Positions 59,604 to 64,000 of a stretch of 64,000 nt of DNA are shown in pieces (positions within the stretch are counted from its first letter, which is position 1; each line of letters begins with the position of its first letter). The DNA is taken from NCBI GenBank assembly GCA_003599505.1, contig QZKO01000045.1:2535-66534 (forward strand), given 5' to 3'. The notes below the pieces were generated by a model. The model had not been told where the DNA came from. It saw only the letters and a list, made by a program, of their open reading frames with translations, and did not search any database. The translations under genes were made by a program, and so were the position numbers. Origin of the DNA: Nitrospiraceae bacterium. Lineage in GTDB: Bacteria > Nitrospirota > Thermodesulfovibrionia > UBA6902.

Positions 59604-60865
59604 CGACCTTTCTTACTACAAAGCACTACTCTCAAAGGCAGAACGCCCATCTTACGTTTAAACACAATTTAAAACATGGGCGGCATGGCTGGTTAAGATT
59701 AACTCCGGCTTATTCAGTCAAACTCGTTTCTGACATTCTTGCCGACAAGACGCCGGACGCAAAAGTCATTGATCCTTTTTCCGGCACCGGCACAACGCCG
59801 CTTTGTGCTACCTACCTCGGCCTTAAAAGCACCGGCTTGGAGATCAACCCATTCCTTGTGTGGTTCAGCTCTGTTAAAGCAAGAATGTTTAATCCCACAG
59901 TTATTCAGACAACTCAAGAACTTGGCGTAAGCATTGCGGAAGCCTCATCCTCTCCCAAGAGTCTAAAGCTTGACCCGCCGCCGATTCACAACATTTCCCG
60001 ATGGTGGGACAAAGAGGAATTGGAATATCTTTGCAAACTTAAAGCCTGTATTTGCGATGCAACGAAGGACATGACCGGGGAACGTGACCTGCTCTTGGTA
60101 ACCTTTTGCAGAACTGTGATTGCTCTATCAAATGCTGCTTTCAACCATCAATCCATGTCGTTCAAGAGCAATGATAATCGCCCCGGGTTATTTGACAGTC
60201 AACTCAACCATTCCAGTGTGTTCCGTAAGGAGCTTGCTTTTGTCCTTGAAGGCGCAGCCGACAACCCGAACACCACCGCTTGCATCATTACGGGAGATGC
60301 CAGGCAGCCCTCGCGCTATGTGAGGGACAAATACGATATCTTAATTACCTCTCCACCTTACCCTAACCGCATTTCCTACATTCGGGAAATGCGGCCTTAC
60401 ATGTACTGGCTTGATTATCTCACCAATGGCAGGGATGCCGGCGAACTCGATTGGCAGGCCATAGGCGGCACTTGGGGAATTGCAACCAGCAGGCTTACAG
60501 ACTGGAAACCCTCTGAAAACGCCTTCGTCCCTAAAGCGCTGAAAAAGGCAATTAGCGGAATATCCAGACAGGAAAACGCTAACGGTGTGTTGCTTGCCAA
60601 CTATGTATCTAAGTATTTTGACGATATTTGGCATCACATTAAAGATGTTCCGAAAGTGCTGAATGACTGTGCTGAAGTACATTACATTGTCGGCAATTCG
60701 TCATTCTACGGTACCCTTCTGCCGGTTGAGGAAATATACAAAGATATGCTTGAGCAGGCAGGATTCAAAGACGTTCAGATTTTACGTATCCGCAAACGCA
60801 ATTCAAAGGCGGAACTATTTGAATTCGATGTGACCGGTAAAAAATCGAGAAATAAATCCATGTAA
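59600..60865 (+). CDS. DNA methyltransferase (N6_N4_Mtase family; N4-cytosine or N6-adenine specific)
   Basis: 'VIDPFSGTGTTPLCA' (motif I, FxGxGTT) and 'ILITSPPYPNRISY' (motif IV, SPPY). Confidence 0.8.
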   Translation: MTTFLTTKHYSQRQNAHLTFKHNLKHGRHGWLRLTPAYSVKLVSDILADKTPDAKVIDPFSGTGTTPLCATYLGLKSTGLEINPFLVWFSSVKARMFNPTVIQTTQELGVSIAEASSSPKSLKLDPPPIHNISRWWDKEELEYLCKLKACICDATKDMTGERDLLLVTFCRTVIALSNAAFNHQSMSFKSNDNRPGLFDSQLNHSSVFRKELAFVLEGAADNPNTTACIITGDARQPSRYVRDKYDILITSPPYPNRISYIREMRPYMYWLDYLTNGRDAGELDWQAIGGTWGIATSRLTDWKPSENAFVPKALKKAISGISRQENANGVLLANYVSKYFDDIWHHIKDVPKVLNDCAEVHYIVGNSSFYGTLLPVEEIYKDMLEQAGFKDVQILRIRKRNSKAELFEFDVTGKKSRNKSM

Positions 60866-61051
60866 CGGGCGAGAAGATTGTCGCCTTCCACAAGCAGATT
60901 GCCGCTCCTGCCGGTAGTGATTCTCCACTGCTTTGTGTCCTATCCAATCAAGCCGAGGCATGATTGTTAAATGGCTGCTCAATAATCATACTCCCCATTA
61001 CACTTAAATCCAACATGGTCAAGCAAGTCATCAATGTTGTTCTCCAATACA

Positions 61052-62227
61052 TCAAAATGGTAGCACATCTCGCACTAAATACTTCAGAAATTTCGCACTT
61101 GTAGCTGCCGCAAATGATCGATCTATATCAGTTTTGTCCCTGGTCCGATCCATAATCGATTTAACTATAATGGCCTTTGATATCCCGTCGCCCACCGTTT
61201 TGCATGCACGAGCAACAGAATAACTTTCCATATCAACAGCAATAGACTTTCTGTCAGCAGGTGAAATAAGCTCTTTAAATCCGTCCGATTTGTTGAGTAC
61301 GATAGTACCACAAGCCATGGGTTCCATATGAACATTTATGCGCTGGTCACTATATCGCTTAGCCCTGCTCGGATCGTCCTTTTCAACAGATAAGCATAGA
61401 TCTTTTTTACTATCATTAATTTGCTGCAATATTGTTGTATCAATTTCACAGCTTGCGATCTCAGCCTCAAACCCTTTATCCGTCAGTTTTCCCTTCTGGT
61501 AAAGAAAAAGCTTAGTTGCAATAACTATATCGCCCATTTTTATTTTCTTATTATCAGGATTGCCGCCACATACACCAGTCATAGCCATATATTTAGGCGA
61601 GCTTTTTACTATTAATTCAGCCGTAAGGATTCCTGCATCCACTATTCCTGTCTCGGCAAGATAACCGGCAAGAACTTTAATGTTATGCCCCCTTTTTGAG
61701 ACCAACTCTCCACTGTAAAGAATTTTTGTCTCTGTCGAATGAGCGTCGTCTTTCCTTAAGTTGAATTCTTTACTAAGGTTTTCAAATTCATCATCGAAAG
61801 TCGCAGTCAAAATTGCAAGATCGAATATCTGCGGGCTGGTCACTTCTAATGCGGTTTTTGTGTTAACGGGAAATTTGTTGACTTCTTCCTTTTTCAAAAG
61901 GTGCAATGCATACACTTTGACGTTCTTTATTTCGTCATTCCTTTTAAGATCGCTTCTGGTTAGAAATTGAAATATCAATCTATTACTATATTTCTTTAAT
62001 TGATCCGCAAGAGGCTCTCCAGGATACGGCGGCTGCCTGTAGCCCGCATCAAGATGAACCCAAACACGGAACCGCGCGTTGTCTCCCATGATTCCCAAGA
62101 AATCTGTAAATTTTCTTATGTCTGTAAACGTAAGAACATTTAATTCCAGGCTACGCAAATAATTTTCATATTGTCTTATATCATCATCGGCTTTGCTGAT
62201 AATGAAAAAATCCCATATTTGTGACAT
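61052..62227 (-). CDS. Receiver-like domain fused to PNP_UDP (MTA/SAH-nucleosidase-like) phosphorylase domain (Detocs DtcC-like effector)
   Basis: N-terminal 'FFIISKADDD...RVWVHLDAGY' resembles a REC domain (Asp pocket). The C-terminal 'AMTGVCGGNPDNKKIKMGDIVIATKL...AVDMESYSVARAC...KAIIVKSIMDRT' matches the PNP_UDP_1 nucleosidase fold. Confidence 0.6.
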   Translation of the reverse strand: MSQIWDFFIISKADDDIRQYENYLRSLELNVLTFTDIRKFTDFLGIMGDNARFRVWVHLDAGYRQPPYPGEPLADQLKKYSNRLIFQFLTRSDLKRNDEIKNVKVYALHLLKKEEVNKFPVNTKTALEVTSPQIFDLAILTATFDDEFENLSKEFNLRKDDAHSTETKILYSGELVSKRGHNIKVLAGYLAETGIVDAGILTAELIVKSSPKYMAMTGVCGGNPDNKKIKMGDIVIATKLFLYQKGKLTDKGFEAEIASCEIDTTILQQINDSKKDLCLSVEKDDPSRAKRYSDQRINVHMEPMACGTIVLNKSDGFKELISPADRKSIAVDMESYSVARACKTVGDGISKAIIVKSIMDRTRDKTDIDRSFAAATSAKFLKYLVRDVLPF

Positions 62228-62248
62228 CTGATCCTCCTTAATTAATAT

Positions 62249-63928
62249 TTACGTGCGATTTAATAATCTCAATTCAAAGCGTGGTGCCGAATCGAGATTA
62301 TCCATACGAAATCGTCCATTAAATTTCTCTGCAGATTCTTTAATCAACGGGATGCCATGTCCCTCACGATAATCATCTGGAAAAGCTTTGTTTTGTTCAA
62401 TCGTAAAGATGACGAATCCTTCTTCTTTATAGACGTTACAACTGCAAGTCATATTTTCATTCTTCAACGCGTTATTGATAAGTTCTTCAAAAATTCCTCT
62501 TAAACATTCCTTGAAAATAAAAACATAGTCTTTATTTTCTATTAACAGTTTAGAATCATCAATGGCAATATTTTTATCATTTATTCTTGTGAGCATGCTG
62601 TCCTTTACCTTTTTCCAAGTGCCAATTAAATCTACGCGTTCATTTTTTCTGATAAGTTCAGCAAAGGAACCTTTTTGAGATATAACATCGACTTTCAAAG
62701 CTACCAAAGATTCTCGCAGTCTTAGCATGCAATCTTTAAGATGGGCTTCTCTGCCAGTCAACTCTTGAATTAATGCAAAATTATGATCAAGCCGAGCAAA
62801 TAGTTTACATACCGAATTATCTGCTTCAAAGAAGGTTGAGTACAATCTCGGGAAATTGCGCTTTAAAAAATCATTATTATTAAATGATTCAATAAAAACG
62901 TCAATTATCCCTCTAATGTCATTCATTAGTGCTCTATATTCTTTTGAAAACTCTACTAAATCAAACTCGGTTGCTTCACGATTTAAAAAAATCAATAAAT
63001 CTATTAAATCTTTTTCAATTTGAGAATGGTCTGAAGTTAGTATGCCCTCTTTATTAAAAAAATCTACCACACTATTAAATGCCGCCTCAAAAGAACTGCT
63101 ATTCTTAATGATATCGTATGTTTTATATATTTCTTTTAAAATGTTCCAACTATATGTCTTTTGTCCGTTGGTTTCCTCTAAAGCAGTTCTCACCTCATCA
63201 ATTAAATAGGACAAGTTCTTTTGTGATGCGCTTTCAGTATTATTATTTACAATGTCATTCCACAAGATGTAAGCCAAATAATCAAGAGCGCCATTATCAT
63301 CTGCCGCATAAATAAAAATACTTTTCAGAGTCTCCGCCTTATAAAATTCGTGAGAGTTTATAACATAATGAAACCTCAACAACTCTGCCTTTTTCCATCG
63401 GTTATGAATATCTGGCAAACCGTTGCTATAAATTATTTTCGATATGACATTTCTTAGCTCAAGCTTAAGTTCCGGCAAGAATTGATTAATTGAGTTCATA
63501 AGCTGTGGCTCATGCAATAGGACAGCCATAAAAATTTCAAACGTGTCTGTAGTTATTGCAATTTGCTGAAATTCATTTAAGTAATCAGAAAATAATCTGT
63601 ATGTTTCCAGCTTCCCCAATTTGTCTCTAAGCAAGTATGCCTTCTTTAGGTCTATACCGACTGGCAAATAATCGGGGCTTCCACGATAGATGCCTTTATG
63701 GTCTTCTCCTATGTCGTTATTATCATTCAGCGGTGCCCCAGCAGTATCATATTCCTGTAAACCTCTTAGTCTATATGTTAAATATTTCATAACTGATTTT
63801 GGAGGGCTTGGAGCCCGCCTCCTAATACTAATTAACTGGCGTTTTTCCTCACAGAAAGGACACGATGAGCGCGCCGCATAATTTGGAATATGCAAATTAA
63901 CCCCAAAGAATATTTCAATGGGGACCAT
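62249..63928 (-). CDS. Histidine-kinase-like protein with large N-terminal sensor region (Detocs DtcA-like)
   Basis: C-terminal HATPase_c motifs 'ELINNALKN' (N-box) and 'GHGIPLIKESAEKFNGRF' (G-box). A candidate H-box is 'REAHLKDCM'. Lies 21 nt upstream of the REC-PNP gene on the same strand. AT-rich. Confidence 0.55.
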   Translation of the reverse strand: MVPIEIFFGVNLHIPNYAARSSCPFCEEKRQLISIRRRAPSPPKSVMKYLTYRLRGLQEYDTAGAPLNDNNDIGEDHKGIYRGSPDYLPVGIDLKKAYLLRDKLGKLETYRLFSDYLNEFQQIAITTDTFEIFMAVLLHEPQLMNSINQFLPELKLELRNVISKIIYSNGLPDIHNRWKKAELLRFHYVINSHEFYKAETLKSIFIYAADDNGALDYLAYILWNDIVNNNTESASQKNLSYLIDEVRTALEETNGQKTYSWNILKEIYKTYDIIKNSSSFEAAFNSVVDFFNKEGILTSDHSQIEKDLIDLLIFLNREATEFDLVEFSKEYRALMNDIRGIIDVFIESFNNNDFLKRNFPRLYSTFFEADNSVCKLFARLDHNFALIQELTGREAHLKDCMLRLRESLVALKVDVISQKGSFAELIRKNERVDLIGTWKKVKDSMLTRINDKNIAIDDSKLLIENKDYVFIFKECLRGIFEELINNALKNENMTCSCNVYKEEGFVIFTIEQNKAFPDDYREGHGIPLIKESAEKFNGRFRMDNLDSAPRFELRLLNRT

Positions 63929-64000
63929 TCGGATTTCTATTTTGTGCGAACCAGCTTCTTCTTTTATATAGTCTGCTCTTATTTGATGTATCCTTGAAAA

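Noticed and set aside
1-64000. CRISPR arrays, integrases, transposases or IS elements
   Set aside because: No regularly spaced direct repeats, and no tyrosine/serine recombinase or DDE transposase ORFs, were found. The islands appear to lack their own mobility genes in this window.

Overview
Bacterial chromosomal window, probably from a deltaproteobacterial or Desulfobacterota-like anaerobe. That guess rests on an 11-heme multiheme cytochrome c, a DsrE-like gene, B12-radical-SAM enzymes, and selA plus tRNA-Sec plus a UGA-containing gene. It is inference only. The window has six parts.
(1) 1-15.5 kb: a surface-glycan locus built around a nonulosonic-acid pathway. Genes are a NeuD-like acetyltransferase, NeuB, NeuC, a CBS-nucleotidyltransferase, an SDR, a Gfo/Idh/MocA oxidoreductase and a CMP-NulO synthetase, i.e. 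legionaminic-acid/ptm-like synteny. They are followed by a Wzx flippase, a methyltransferase, a Wzy-like membrane protein, two tandem B12-binding radical SAM enzymes and a GT2.
(2) 15.5-31.5 kb: housekeeping genes (cinA-like, panD, gatC, UvrD/PcrA helicase, glmS, glmU, a radical SAM/SPASM + GT2 pair carrying poly-G tracts, tig, clpP, clpX, rpmB, infB, DUF503).
(3) 31.6-39.8 kb: an AT-rich defence island inserted between infB-DUF503 and rbfA-nrnA-truB. It holds a Type III R-M operon whose mod gene is frameshifted and which has a SMODS nucleotidyltransferase + SLATT 2TM effector pair (minimal CBASS-like) translationally coupled between mod and res. It also holds an XRE regulator and two toxin-antitoxin pairs.
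(4) 42-46 kb: HesB-like protein, AsmA-family protein, selA.
(5) 46.1-51.3 kb: a second AT-rich island with an XRE + ImmA/IrrE (CapH/CapP-like) pair next to a SIR2_2-domain protein coupled to a 1061-aa partner with no recognisable domain. This is a candidate split DSR-like, previously undescribed defence system.
(6) 52-64 kb: a TIGR03790-like secreted protein, uvrA, a GrdB/PrdB-family selenoprotein gene with an in-frame TGA and a SECIS-like hairpin, a multiheme cytochrome c, a DsrE-like gene and tRNA-Sec (selC). Immediately after selC come a Type II R-M pair and a Detocs-like histidine kinase + receiver-PNP effector pair.
No CRISPR array, integrase or transposase was seen.
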